A DNA stretch of 64,000 nt from Sphaerodactylus townsendi. Taxonomy: Eukaryota. Positions 38,397 through 51,822 of this stretch are shown piece by piece (position 1 is the first letter of the stretch; every line of letters starts with the position of its first letter). The stretch covers positions 102,300,001 through 102,364,000 of the forward strand of contig NC_059428.1 in assembly GCF_021028975.2 (NCBI RefSeq). The letters run 5' to 3'. The notes below the pieces were generated by a model. It worked only from the letters and a program-made list of their open reading frames with translations. It was not told where the DNA came from and did no database searches. The translations under genes were made by a program, and so were the position numbers.

Positions 38397-40429
38397 CAAT
38401 GCAGCTAAGACAAACACAGAGTTAACACTGATAATGTTGACTTGTTTTATGGCTTCATTGCCTGTTACTTTTTCTTCAGGAAAAATGGAAAATTAATTTA
38501 ACCTTTACTAAATCCATTTACTTAAGCATAAAATCCCACATCTAAGCTAGTCTTTCAGATAATTGATTTTCACACTGAATGATCTGCATAGGCTGCCTTT
38601 TTCTCGACGTGCCAGATTACACATTAAGATTAAAAGCAGCAAAGAAGGAAAACATCAAGCTACAGTCCTCACGTAGGCTCAAGCAAGGGTGAGGAATTCT
38701 TGAGGTAGGCTGCAAACTCCTTTGCCATGTTCTGGTCTAGTTCTGTCACATGTTACAATTTCATCAGTTATGAAACAACATGTGTGAGATTTCAAGTGAG
38801 AGACAAAGTGTGTCCAATGTTCCAATACCCAGAGAAATGATATTTTGGATCTGATTCCTTGAGAAAAAAGACAGGTTGTTCATCAAGGTCTGTACCTGTT
38901 GTTCATCAAGGTCTTCCGTGAAGGCACACATTGGGACTGAATATGCGCAGACTGGACACAGAGAATTTTCTAGCTCTAATTGACTGAACATGCACCCTTC
39001 CTCTCAGGAGCGCAATGAAGCATTTCCTGCTGAAATGGACACACAAAGGGGGGAGAAGCCATTTTTCCTCAGTTTCTCCTGAGCCCCCACAACTGACATG
39101 TATGTGGAGACAGTTAGAAAAGGCGTATGGAGTGGAAGAACTGAGGATATGTGTACCTGTATGGAAGATCTCAATATACCAAAAAGAAAAAGGAAACTGT
39201 GTAGGGATCTTTCCTTTTTGGAATATTGTGTTTCTTTCTGGCATATTGTGATTTTTTTTTGTACTGTGTACCCTCTCCTTTGTGCTTGCATGGAAGATCT
39301 CATCAGTTACAGATAACTGCTCAAAATCAAACACGAAGTTTGTACAGATCTACCCTCTTGCGTAGGCAGGTGTGACAAATAAAAAAGGTTTAAATCTTTA
39401 TGGAGATATTGTGACCTGTGTAAATACTCCAATAAAATCCTACATACATCCAGAGTGTGTAAGGCATTCTCTGTTTCCATGGTAGGATTTTTTTAAAAAT
39501 ATTGGTAAATTGAGTGCTTTAGACCCGTTCCTAAACAGTTTGTGATTCAGCAAGTTGACAATGTGCTAACAGCACTTTTCAGATATATGCCTACACTACT
39601 TTGAAAGCATTTGGCATGTAATCAAAGAACACATCCTTCTGGGAAAACATATTTCACTTTCTCCAAAAGGGCCCCAATAAAATAGTATCTGAAATATTAC
39701 AATTTCAGAAAAGTATTCAAGTTACTCAAATATCGGAGAATAGAACTGCCATGGAACTTAAGACCCAAAATAGTATAGATTTTACATTTGATGTCTGCTC
39801 AGTTTGTGGTTGCAAATAAGATAATACTTGCAGGAGCAGGTTTGTTTTGCACCAGAATTGTAACACACTGGATTAGATCCAACACAACAAGCCGCAAAAG
39901 CTTCCATCTACAGAGTGCAATTTTTGCAGTTCCCTCCCTGAACTGCTCCCAAGCCTCCAACAAGCAGGATTTAAGTGTCATTTCTTTCTGGCACAGATGG
40001 ATGGAGAAGCTAACATCACAGGTGGAAGTTCTGGTCCTTGTGGAAACACTGCTCTGGATACAACTCAATATCTGACACATAGATGAACTGCATGTATGAA
40101 GATTGCTCTGAAACATTTTGGAGTTGCACTAAGATTTTTAAGGAAGGTGACTTCTCTGCTGTGTTCAGAAGAATGCGTTAAGACAGAATTGTGCACAGCT
40201 TTTGATTAATACTTTTTGACTTGCCAGGTCATATTATCATCTTTGGAGTCAGAAGTGACTTGACAGAATGAAACACAAACACATAAATATAATGTTTTAT
40301 TTATGGAGAGCGCTTTCAGTGATATGATATAAAATATTTCATACACGTGTTTTGCAGTATCTTTCCACAACAAGGCATTTGTCTTTTTAAAGAAAGTGTT
40401 TATTGGCCCATTACTCATGGAACACTTAC

Positions 40430-40700
40430 CTCAGGCCTTTTAGCTGCGCAGTGGGGCTGAAGTGCGGTCTCCTCGCATTTCTCTGTTTACACGTGGGGAG
40501 TCAGCTAAGTCCTTCCTGCAGCTAGTCTCAACAGCCCTCTGTTTCCTGGTTCTCTTAACTCCACCCCTCTTAAAGGCACAGATCTCATAACACTCAGTAG
40601 TCCCAATACTAACTGTCGTGGGACAGAGGCTTGTTTTTAAAAAGAGGCTTGTCTGGAAAGTCCTCCCGATCATCAGCGAGGGCAGAAGCAGAGGTAGGCT
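40430..40700 (-). promoter_or_regulatory. Candidate alternative promoter / non-coding first exon
   Basis: Consensus donor GAG|GTAAGT at 40430/40429, raised GC and CpG at 40430-40900, CACGTG near 40490, CTGTGCCTTTAAG about 120 nt upstream, no obvious acceptor. Confidence 0.5.
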
Positions 40701-40913
40701 GAAGCCAGAAATAGACCCTTCTTATGCTCTTCCTTGCAAAAGCCAACTCTGTTATATTGATACATTGATATGAGTGTTTAAAAAATAAGGAGCCGGCGAC
40801 ACGGAGGGGGGCAAGGGGGAAGGCATGGACGGCAGTGAGAAGAGTGGGAAGGGTGGAGCTAGGCAGGCTTGCTATCGGTGGAGGAAAAAGGTCCAGGGCA
40901 AAGCTGTACTTAC

Positions 40914-40988
40914 TGGAAAATCTCCCTACTCTGGCAGCGAAGCAAAATTAAATTTGTGGTGGAAGTGATCTCGTTTGCCACGGGGAGA
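40914..40988 (-). other. Candidate internal exon (75 nt)
   Basis: Acceptor cccacttttactttctag|TC, donor CA|GTAAGT, 3 CpGs; open in one frame only (LPVANEITSTTNLILLRCQSREIF). Confidence 0.45.
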
Positions 40989-41168
40989 CTAGAAAGTAAA
41001 AGTGGGACTTGAGGAAATACTTCCATACAAGAAATTTTGTTGTGATAGACATTTGCCCCAATTATGCAACAGATGTTTTGTGCATGGTCAGCCAATATCT
41101 CTTTCCAATGCCCTTTAACAATACACATTTAAAATGTCTTTCTGTGCTAGCACAACATCCATCTAACT

Positions 41169-41319
41169 GGCCCCTTCCAGACACGCAGAATAATGCACTT
41201 TCAATCCACTTTCAATGCACTTTGAAGTTGGATTTTACTGTGCAGAACAACAAAATCCACTTTCAAACAGCTGTGAAAGTGGATTGAAAGTGCATTATTC
41301 TGCATGTGCGGAAGGGGCC
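41169..41319. mobile_element. Palindromic PIF/Harbinger-like MITE
   Basis: GGCCCCTTCC...GGAAGGGGCC termini with about 45-bp near-perfect arms, followed by TAA. Confidence 0.8.
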
Positions 41320-42511
41320 TAACTGTGCAGGCAACGAGTGATGTAGTCATCCCTCTCTGACATGTGGCTTGAAGTGGTACAAACACAAGGCCACTTTGCT
41401 GGTAAAAGCAAAATTTATACAATTTTGAAAGTTTCAGGGAGGCAACATTGTTAAAGGGGCATTTGTTTAAACCTGATAGTTAAACAATGAATGCCTGGAC
41501 AAAAGAGGAGGATACAGTAATCATTTCCTCAGAGAAATGTTCCCTTGAAGAAGTATAAAGCTATTGGTGAGAAAAAAGTGTAAAAATAGATGGGAGTCCA
41601 GATTATGTGAGAACCAGACATTGTGTCTACACAGATTAAAAGAGTGGGTTTTTACTCAAGTTACTCATCCTATTTACAATCCCAAAGGGAAGCCAAAGTG
41701 ACTTTCAATTGCATTAGGCTATTCAAGGTCAGACACTACAGCGATTATCTATATTTAGTAAACCATACTTTTACAGCAGTTCAGTTTTGGGCTGCAAGCA
41801 ATATCCCTTCTCCAATGCAAGGAAGAATCAGAAAAAGGGGTATAGCTTTAATTTATCTATCCATTCCTCTATATCCTGGCAAATGGGAACTCTGATATTC
41901 ATAGACAGATCGAACTATGGAAGTGTATAAAAAGTCAGAGCTCCATCCACCTGTTCTGACAGGTGCTTTGCTTTGCTTCTTGTAATTTTGTTGAGGCTTA
42001 CCTGATCCCAAATATTGTTCCCTTCCCCTCTACCTCCAAGATGATGTATGATTGTGCTAAACCTTGAACAGCCTTCTTCACTATTCTAAATCAGCACTTT
42101 TTTTTGTTTTACGGCTATCCAGTTTCAGCTGTGCCTCAAAAGTTAAGCATTTAAGAGAGAGAAAAAGTAACTACTCATGTCTCCTGCAATCTTAGTATAT
42201 AATACCAGCCAGCATAAAGACACAGTTGAATCCCTTCGAACTGCCTTTGATCCCAAAAGAGAAAGGAAATAGCAATCAGGGCTTCGCTGGCCCATGACTT
42301 TACTAATTAAACAAAACAAAGTGGGACTTTGAGAAGTTCCCCAGTACTTCCCCTTTCCCTTATCCCTGGCCAGAGTTGACCTGTTCCAACCCAGTGCTGC
42401 TGCATCTGATTCCAAGGAGTCAGTATTAGTATTTTAGTCTAAGGTTAATTGGAACTGGCCTGCTGTTCTCTGCCTGTGTCCATGCTATATTTCAGTGAAC
42501 TTAAACAGAAG

Positions 42512-42788
42512 TATTGGTTTTTATACTTCACTTTTCTCTACAATAAGGAGTCTCAAAGCAGTCTACAATCACCTTCCCCCCTCCACAACAGACACCTTGT
42601 GAGGCAGGTGGGGCTGAGAGAAATTCTGAGGGAACTGTGACTGGTACAAAGTCTCCTAGCATGTTGAGGAGAGGAGAAACAAATCCAGTCACTAGATTAG
42701 TGTCCGTTACTCATGTGGAGGAGTGGGGAACTAAAGCCAGTTCTCCAGATTAGTTTGCCACTCTTAACCACTACACCACTGACTCTCA
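42512..42788 (-). mobile_element. Squam3-like SINE
   Basis: Homologous to the other copies. Confidence 0.85.
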
Positions 42789-43244
42789 AGTGTGTTGTAA
42801 CTGCTTATAGGACCTGGGTCCACCAGTAGTGTAAACAAAATTAACCAAAGTCTCTGTTTATAGATTCAGGAATGGTTGGAACATCCTGCTTAGTTCCTCT
42901 CTTATTTAGGAGCAGTCATTAGCAAGAAGCCATCTGTTTTTCACCTCTATTTGTATACAGAGCTATACTCAAGTGAGAGAAGACAACTGGGAACATTTAG
43001 GCCACATGCCCTTAAGGATCTTTTTCACTGCGTTAGAATCCTGGTTTCCCCTGATTCCCTGTACCATTAAAAATTCAAGCTTCTAGTTCTAGTGCTTACA
43101 AAATATGATACCTGATGGAGAAAAAATCACATGCATTTCCCAGTAATCAATCTGACTCAAGTGTTTGTCCTTCTTGCAAAATTAATTCTTAACTGATCCA
43201 GATGGGAATCTGTCAAAACAGATACAGTCAGATATATGCCTTGC

Positions 43245-43312
43245 AGTGAAATTCCAAGCAGAGTTACATGCTTCTAAGCCAAAGCAGGGTGCAACTTTGC
43301 TTATGACTGCAT
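43245..43312. mobile_element. Short old palindromic MITE (agtgcaatcc...cagagttac family)
   Basis: Related copy at 56489-56573. Confidence 0.45.
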
Positions 43313-45359
43313 GGTTGGTCTCCTGAAGAACACCATAAAAACAATTTATTTGCAATTCCTGAAAGGCTAGAACCTCTGATATCTCTCATCATCCATGATG
43401 GGTAACAACCTAACGCATTTCACACCTGCAATATTTATGACTAGATCCATACCAAGCCTACTTTTGCCACCAACTCCTCACCTTTCCTCTTCTGTAATTT
43501 TCCCTATAAAAATATGGAATATGATTTCTCTGTCATAGCAATTCAACAAGTCAAAAAATGATTGGGGACTCTTTATAACCCTCTGAAATCCTAAATCCCC
43601 CCTCCCCATCTCCAGGAATTTTCCAACCTGGAGTTGGCAACCCTAATGACCTACTATATTTCTAGAACTCAGTAACACATTTGAAATTATGACTGTATTA
43701 CAGTGAACAGACTATTTTTCACAACAAACCTGAAACTCTACATACTTTTGATAAAATAAACTATACTAAAATAAATACTCCATATTACAGTCTTCCAATG
43801 AAAGGAGCAATAGAATACCAATATTATCTCAGGAGAAACTCTATTACCCAATTTGTTCCATTCTGCTCCTTTAATTAGTTCGGGGAATTAGCTGGAAACA
43901 GACCACCAACGTGAGAGGCCGGTAGAGTATCTCCACCAGTGTATACAAAGACTGGTCCCCTAAGAAATCCCCTTGAAACCAGAATTAAAGCAAAAAAGGG
44001 TACCATTTTATTAAGAGATCTGAATAATAAAAATACACTCGTAAGCACCCAGAATTTAAGAAGTGTAGGAAACAAAGAGATGAGCGATAGTGGGAACAGA
44101 TGAGGGTGTTGGGAGGGTGATATTTACTATTCCCTAAGTGAAGAGGTCTGAGGAAAGCAAGAAAGAAATGGCCAGTGCTTCTCGCAGGACAACGACATTG
44201 AGTGCAAGGAGGAAATCCAACTGCAAAGAGCCATAGATTTTGGAGGTCTTGTTATAGGAAAAATTGACCCTCTGGCAATTATAAGACGGACAATCCTCCT
44301 GGGATAAAGCAAAGTTCTGTTCCCAGGCACAGACAATGCTTTTGGAAATGATTTGATGGAAATTATTTGGAACCCTGGCAGACCCAAGTCTTGATGAGCT
44401 TTGACGGTGCGATTAAATTAAAACGGGGACATTTTAAGTCCTTGAACTGCTAAATGAGATTGGACTGCTAAAACAAAGACATTTTGGAGGTTTGACAAAC
44501 TATTTGGACAGGAGGTGTCTGAGATTAAGTTAATGTTTGGAGGAAAGGGTGCAGGGCAAAGCAACAGGTTCACTTTCTACTGGGACACAGGCAGAGTGTG
44601 AGTAATTACAGTCGACGGCTGTCCCTAAGAGCAGAATTGATTACAAAATATTGATTTGAAAGCTTCAGAAACATTAATATCCCTTTATCTTCAGGCTGCA
44701 GTTCGTGTAATTGGGTCTCATAGAAGATTATACGCGAACAAACCTTACTGGTTGTTGTTCAGTGCCAAAGTAAACGGCACAGGCCGTTATCATCACAACA
44801 ACCCTGAAAACTCTCTTGTTGGTTTATTTAAGTGTGGTTGTATTTAGGACTTATCAAAGGACTTTTTTTTGTAAAGGTGGACACATGAGTTGTTATGTAA
44901 TAGCTGTAATGTACTGGAATCAGAGAATCTGAGAGTGTCTTGCATTCTGCTTTGTAAGATTATTGTATTTGCTAATTGTCTTTACCCATTAGTGCAAAAG
45001 GACAGAACGGATTCCTTCTAGTGAACAATGGCACTGAAACTGATCATTAATTAATTAATAAAAGAGTATGCAAATGTGCAACCTGCTGTAAATTTAAAAC
45101 CAGGACAAACCCCACCTAGGCATGTGACCCCTAATCAATGTTTCACCTTCTGGACAGATTAAAAATGGAGCACACATTCCCCCAACAAATATGGGGAGGG
45201 ATGAGAAGCTTCCACCATGAGAAAGCTTAAATTGACCAACCCAATGCAAGCCTTTCCCATCACTGTGGAATAGTCTGCCTTGGCATAAAATGTTTTAATA
45301 GATGGCCTCTTTTTAACAGTCACTGTTAGCCTTGCTTATCTATATCTGCAACAGAAGGG

Positions 45360-45505
45360 GTGAACTTGGACCAGTTACATACTCTCAGCCTAACATACAT
45401 CACAGGGTTGTTGTGATGATAAAATTGACAAGATGAAAATAGTGTAAACCACTTCGGGGCTACGCTGCAGAGAAAGGGGGAGGATAAATTAAGTAAAAAT
45501 AATAA
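45360..45505 (+). mobile_element. Old Squam3/MIR-like SINE 3' part
   Basis: ctctcagcctaac...cacagggttgttgtga CORE-like segment. Confidence 0.65.
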
Positions 45506-46179
45506 ACAAATGTCAATCAGAGACCGTCTTGACTTGATCAGAGCCTTCCAACGTAATGCTGAGACTCTTTTCTTGCTCTGTTATATCTCTGGCTTGTTAC
45601 CCTTGTACCGCTTCACTGGATTTGACTGTCCATGACTCGGATTAGGATTTCTGCTTAGTCCTGAGATGGGTTAATTTTGTAGGATTTAATTTATGTTCTT
45701 TTCTTGCCTGGGTTATTTCTTTATTCAAGGTCATGTAAGAACTTGTTCCTTTCTGACTCCACAGTACAGATAGGACATTCTATCTATTACACCCCATTGG
45801 GTTTCACTGAAACAAAAAAGGCTAATTCCAAGTATGGATATTTTGACAAGCCTGAAAGGCAGTTTAAGAGACACAAAAAAGCAGATCAGTCTTTTCCAAA
45901 ACTCACTCTCACAACATTTCTACTGTTCCATTTTATGAAATTATTCCATGTTTCTGAACCTTAGAGGAATATATACATTGTGCTAATTAGTCTGATCTTC
46001 CCTTTGGTATGGCAGCTGTACCTGACATTTTTACATAGCGGCTAACAGCAGTCTTCAAGTAACAGGCTTTCTCAAGGGGGGAAATCACAACTCTTGACCT
46101 TGAATTCTGTCCTCCAATTGAATTATACAGCTGTAGTAAAAGAGTAGGGTTGAATAATAGCAACGGCGGAATAACTGGA

Positions 46180-46364
46180 AAAACCGCTGAGTTTTTATTA
46201 GAAGTGCTCAAGTCAAAGACATAATGGAAGCTTGATCACCTCTTCTTTACCAACCTTACGTGCTTTGTCCAGTTTTATGTCCTGTTTTAATACCTGCTCT
46301 GTCCTGTATTTTGTTTTATTTTTACTGATATGCCTAATAAAGGTCAGCTGAAGTTGAAGTTGAA
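46180..46364 (+). mobile_element. 3' end of an unclassified LINE, copy 2
   Basis: ORF end KTAEFLLEVLKSKT*, AATAAA, (GAAGTT)2 tail; matches 24870-25048. Confidence 0.7.
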
Positions 46365-47235
46365 AAGAGTAGAGTAGCCACATCCACAAGCAGGGCACCC
46401 GGCCATGGCTCCACAGCTGAACCCAGCTGCCACCTCCAAAGAGGCTTCCCAGTGGAATGGGGAGGTCAAAAGGCCTCCCTGCCATTAAGAAGCTCCAATG
46501 GGCTGCACTGCATTCATACCAGACAGAAGGAGGGCTTAAGTACGGGCTATGGCCCGCCAGTGCAATGGGGCGAATGACCAAGAGGGCCTCCACTGGATCC
46601 ACCTCCACTATGCTTGCAGAGATGCAGGAATGATGTCGCAGCATCCTGCGTAGTGTCCCAGCACTGTGGGAGCACTGTGGTGGCACGCAGGCAATTTCAT
46701 TGGTCCACCAGAGTAAGTGCCCCAGGGACAGCAAATCTGCCAGTGCGGCCAGCGCACCACTCCCTCAGCATATTTGCCCCACACCTTTGGATAGGGCTCT
46801 TATTCTCATAACACTCTCCTCTTCCAATTGGTCTTTAAGAAAAACTGGTAACATTAGTTTAAAAATAAAAATAAAATGCATGTTACACAAAAGATTTACA
46901 TGAATGAAGTTTAAAATATATTGCTCAAATACATCTGGAACAGACGAAAATCTCAGCTGTGCCAGCAGCACCAAGTTCACCTGAGTGGGCAATGGAGCCA
47001 GATTAATTTTATCATATTTAATATTCACATTTTCTGTTTATGCAAATCATGTTCTCTACCCTGAATTACAGGTTATCATAGCCATCTGAGTCTTCAGTAT
47101 TTCTGAACAGTGTATATTTTTTTACTAACAATTTCCAAAGGCCAATCAGCAAAATACGATTAAAAATCACTTTAAAAGAATTAGTGGCTTTTTTTAGGTG
47201 GCTCCATTTTGAATTTGCCTATGCTACACTTAGCA

Positions 47236-47415
47236 GTCCAGATAGCCCTGACTATCCTGATCTTGTCACAGCTTAGAAGCTTGGTAGGTGAGAGACTACC
47301 AAGAAATACTGGGGTTGCTAAGCAGAGGAAGGCAATGGTAAACCACCTCTGTTCATCTCTTGTCTTGAAACTCCTGGGGTCACCATGAGTCAGTTGTGAC
47401 TTGACAACACACAAC
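47236..47415 (+). mobile_element. 5S rRNA-derived SINE with BovB/Sauria-type tail
   Basis: Degenerate 5S head (cctgatcttgtc...gaagct...gagactacc) and tail ggggtcaccatgagtcagttgtgacttgacaacacac. Confidence 0.75.
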
Positions 47416-47770
47416 GATTATTACTTTAGTACATCCCTTTTGTAACTATCCAGTACCACTCAATAATGACAGTGTTTGTTCATAAAACATTTTAAACCAA
47501 TTTTTTGGGCCAAACCAGACTTGGCAGATGTCATGGAGCTCAATCTTCAAAAGCCATCCCGGATGAACACATGAAGCTGTATTAGTCCATTAAAGGGGGG
47601 AAATGGATGCCTGTATTTTTTGTGAAAGGGTAGCACAGCATAAGGGGTTCCAGTTTCACTTTGTAAAAACCATAAATGGATCATATGGTTAAGCCCCTAT
47701 ATCTTCTTCCCACAGTCCCAATTCAATATGAGGTTACGGAGAGTGCTAATGGAGCTTAAAAAGGCCAATG

Positions 47771-47962
47771 TAGCTGGGGCTGAGAGAGCTCAGAAGAACT
47801 GTGACTAGCCCAAGGTCACCCAGCTGGCCTGTGTTGGAGTGCACAGGCTTATCTGAATTCCCCAGATAAGCCTCCGCAGCTCCAGCAGAAGAGCGGGGTA
47901 TCAAACCTGGTTCCTCAAGGTTAGAGTCCACCTGCTCTTAACCACTACACCACTGCTGCTCT
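47771..47962 (-). mobile_element. Squam3-like SINE, head half
   Basis: Matches 14940-15112. Confidence 0.85.
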
Positions 47963-49724
47963 TGCACTCCTTCATTTGTCCTGACCCTTACAAACTGCTG
48001 CAGTTCACCACCTAGCTTGTACAATACCCTTCATAATTAAACAGGAAAATGAAAAAGGACAGTTTGAATATTAGGTAGGAATAAAACAACATTCATGGCA
48101 ACAATGAATGAAAGTTAGCATGTAAAAAACCTGCACCTGCAGAGGGGGGGGGGGGATCACTGAGCACAGAGGGTCTTTCTCCAAGCAATACAGCATCCAT
48201 TTTTAATTCCATAGAAAACAAGGGGAGAAGTCAGTACAGCATCCAACCTAATTTCTGGGCGACGGTCCTGCTATCATATCATACAACATAGTATGGTGGT
48301 GGAATACTAGTAGAACAAAATGCAGATGTAAGAGTAGAAGTGAGGCAAATCCAAAAGAGAAAGAGTGAACATATTCTAGAAGAACCACTGCAACAGGAAG
48401 GTGGAATTCCCCTCCATCTTTTGCTTGTGATGATAGTGAAGCATAATTATAAGGAACATCAGCTAGGAAGATTCTGGTTCAGATTTCAACCCAGCCATGA
48501 ATGACATAGGTTCCTTTAGGTAAGCAACTCTTCAGCCCCTAACCATGTCCATTTATAATGTAATTACAGGGTGGTTGCCTACTTCACAGGGTTGTTATAA
48601 GGATTGTTTAGACAACAAATGTAAAACATTTTGAACACAAGGGACTAAATTCCTATACTGTCTCTTTTAAACTACAGGATGCACTTCTGCAAGTAGAGCA
48701 CAACTTTCCTTCTCCTCTTCATGCAGCCCTCTGAGCTCACCAAAATGCTATTCCTGTAGAACAGGGGATCGTCAGAAACAGCATAGGAGACCTAAAAGAG
48801 ATTTGAAGCGGGATTGGCAGCACACGTATTCCTCCTTGTCCTGGCAGAATATGACCTTTGGATCCAACCACTGGTATTTAAATATAGTTTTCCTGTTATT
48901 TGGAAGTAAATCCCAGTGAAATAAATAGGACTTTTTTCCCTAATAAGAATACTTGTTTGGTTGTGGTTGCAAGAATAATAACTCGCAAATTCTGTTAACA
49001 TCTCACTTCAACATCTTCTGCAGAAGACGAGGAAAATTTCACATCTGGGACAGATGAGCACAACAAGGGAAAACACACCCTCATTTTCAGTGATGCCTGT
49101 CATTAGGAACTGTTCGTTAGGAACTGCTGCATATTGCAGTACTTCTGTTTCAATGTACATTGTTCCATATAATAGGTACAGGAACTTCTCCTGTACTTGA
49201 ACGAACTGATAAAAACCAAGACTCTGATAATTATACAATGTTTAAATATCAAGTACACCTAAAAGCTGTACACATTTCTTCCCAATTTAGACGATAATTC
49301 CTGCAAACCAGCTGCTTTGCTGCCACATTCACCCATTTCTTGCAATTTAAAGGCCAACCTGAAGGCAGGCTAAAATTAGCTTGAACAGTCTCTCAGTTAA
49401 ATAATTTCAGTCCTTCAAAGTGACCTTGAAAGACAAGCACATAACTGATTAATACTTGCTTTTTGAGACAGGAGGAATTTATGGACAAATGCCTTTCTAT
49501 CCGATTCTTCTAAACCAAACCCTCAATTTCCACTAACAAAGACTGTTAAAGACAAAGCAAGTTCCCAATACCTGTTAAAATTAGCCACAGCATAAAACCA
49601 AATAATTTTATTTTCCATCAAGGCAGACCTATGCAGCAGTCAGGAGTAGGTTAGAACAGAATCCTGTTAAAATTGCAAAGTGTCATATTCAACAACATAA
49701 TTTAAGACTAGCAGCTCCTCCTAC

Positions 49725-49934
49725 CAGTGTGCTGGGAAACCGCATACAATCGCCACACCAGGTCTTCTAAAGCCATTTCTTCAGTTTTCAGTCAGCATCT
49801 CATCCTTGACCTTAACAAAGACGATCCATAGGAAGTAGTACCCCCCATCATCAATGCTGGAAGTCGCATTGGTGAAGCTATACTGCTGCTTCATCGCACT
49901 GCATTTCAATTACATCGCACAGATCCCTCAATAT
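49725..49934 (-). other. Candidate 210-nt 5'UTR exon with multiple uORFs and possible start MALEDLVWRLYAVSQHT
   Basis: Acceptor cttccttttgtgtag|AT, donor TG|GTAGGA; stops in all three frames; 11 ATGs and 6 CpGs; GAAATGG start runs open to a phase-1 donor. Confidence 0.55.
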
Positions 49935-50193
49935 CTACACAAAAGGAAGTGTTAAGTATAGCCAGTGTGCTCCCCCTGCAATGCACAGGCAGAAGAGATG
50001 CTGTTCAGAGGCACGAATGATAAATACATCAATACCGCTTTAAAAAGTTCTGCCCTCCTCCACAACGTGGGTATTTTTCTGCTGAATCGCTATTAGATGT
50101 CAGAATTAATGTGAAACCTTCATTAGCCAATTCTCTCTTTGGAAGATTAAAAGCAACCCCTTCTGAGGGCTGTTCAGTTTCTAAAGCACTCAC

Positions 50194-50216
50194 CTACTGA
50201 GGCTGTCTGCACCTCC
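50194..50216 (-). other. Candidate 23-nt microexon
   Basis: ggcttttcttgctctag|GGAGGTGCAGACAGCCTCAGTAG|gtgagt; CTCAT branch-like motif upstream. Confidence 0.45.
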
Positions 50217-50807
50217 CTAGAGCAAGAAAAGCCAACACATATTTTAACAAAATGAGTGCTTCCATTTTCAAACTAAAGTGTACGCTGCAGTTCCTTTTTG
50301 AAGCAATCTTCTTTAACATCATTTTTAAAAAGATTGCTACATTTTGTACAACCCTCGGGCGGTACAATTCTATCAATCTAAAGCATGTATGTAAATCTAT
50401 ATTAGACAAAATATTAGTTTTATATCCATGCCTGAGTAAATATGAGGGGATTTTTCCAAAAATGAAAAATATGAATACACATGAAATGTGGTAAGGCCTA
50501 GGATTAATAATTTGGCTGCTTTCCTTAAGACTTTAATTCACATTTTTATTTGTTCATTAGTCGAAGAACCATCTCAAGTCCACTCAGTTGAGACAGAACA
50601 TAAGCCTTGAGGTCAGAAAGGTCAAAAGAAATTGTCAAGGTGAATTAGACATGGTTGCTGGTCACAATTTTCCGTGGGCTGTAATGGAAGAAGGGTAGTC
50701 TGTGGCCTAGAATTAGGGTGAAGTTGAATTTTCATGAATTCTAAAGTGATGTGGTTGCTCAAAAATTGCCCAGCTTCCACTTCTGAAGACTAGGAAGTTT
50801 TACTTAC

Positions 50808-51030
50808 TTCATTTATACCTCCGCCTTTCTCCCTGGTGGGGACTCATAGCAACTTACACTATTCTCCTGCCCTCCATTTTATCCTTACAAGAACTCTGTG
50901 AGGTAGGTTAGATTGAGAGTGCGTAACTGGCCCAATGTCAAACAGAGAGATCCCACAGCAGAGTGGAAATTCACACCTGGGTTTTGCAGATCCTTGTCCA
51001 ACGCACTAACCACTATGCTACATTGGCTCA
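50808..51030 (-). mobile_element. Older Squam3/MIR-like SINE
   Basis: ctgtgaggtaggttagattgagag...ctaaccactatgctaca. Confidence 0.75.
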
Positions 51031-51300
51031 GAGATGATTTTAAGTTTCTTAAATTCAGAGTTTCTTAAGAGAAGCATGATCTAGTATATGTAAAAATGAG
51101 AAAAACCAAGACAGATAGAAATATGGTATGATTAAGCAAAAACAACATAGATGTACTGGGTCAGCTCTAGCTACCTGGAAACATTCAGTCATCATTTAAA
51201 GGGCAATTAATAGCTAAAACAGAGTCATAAAGCAAACATGATTTGTAAGCATTCTAACATGCTCCCAGCCTTCTTGATCTTCAAAAAGTTGTGACTTGAA

Positions 51301-51822
51301 CAGTGGCATGCCACCCACAGGGACAGAGATGGAGATGTCAAATGACTCCGGGTGCAATGTCAGGGGAGACAAATTCACCTCCACACACACACCCTGCACA
51401 AACCCAGTTCGGAAGATCTGGGTCGGCACAGAGGAGGTGCCTAAAGACAGAGCCAGTCTGCTGCCAGGAGCTGGGTTGCTGCCGCCGCACCTGTCCGAGC
51501 TGCCTCCTTCCCTCCCCAGACCCTTGGGGGTTGGGGCAGCTCGGACGGGCACCGTGGCAGCAGGCCGGCTCCTGGGTCGCCTGCTATGGCGCCTTGTCCC
51601 CCACCTCCCTGCAGGTTGGCTTCTGACTTCCCCAGGGGAGGGCAGGGGGCAGCCTGCAGAGAGGCAGGGGGTGGCTCGGATGGTGTCATGGCAGCAGGCT
51701 GGCCCAGGGGCTGGCCTGCCGCTGTGGTGTCTGTCTGAGCTGCCCCTGCCCCCGAGCATGGGGGGACTCCCAGAGCAGGTGTTGTCCCTAGGCACTATCC
51801 CCCCCCCCCTGATATGCCTCTG
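51301..51822. mobile_element. GC-rich hAT MITE
   Basis: Imperfect TIRs CAGTGGCATG...ATATGCCTCTG; 8-bp TSD GACTTGAA/GACTTGAC. Confidence 0.8.

Noticed and set aside
38764-39334. Minus-strand ORFs of 75-142 aa
   Set aside because: No recognisable homology or matching splice signals
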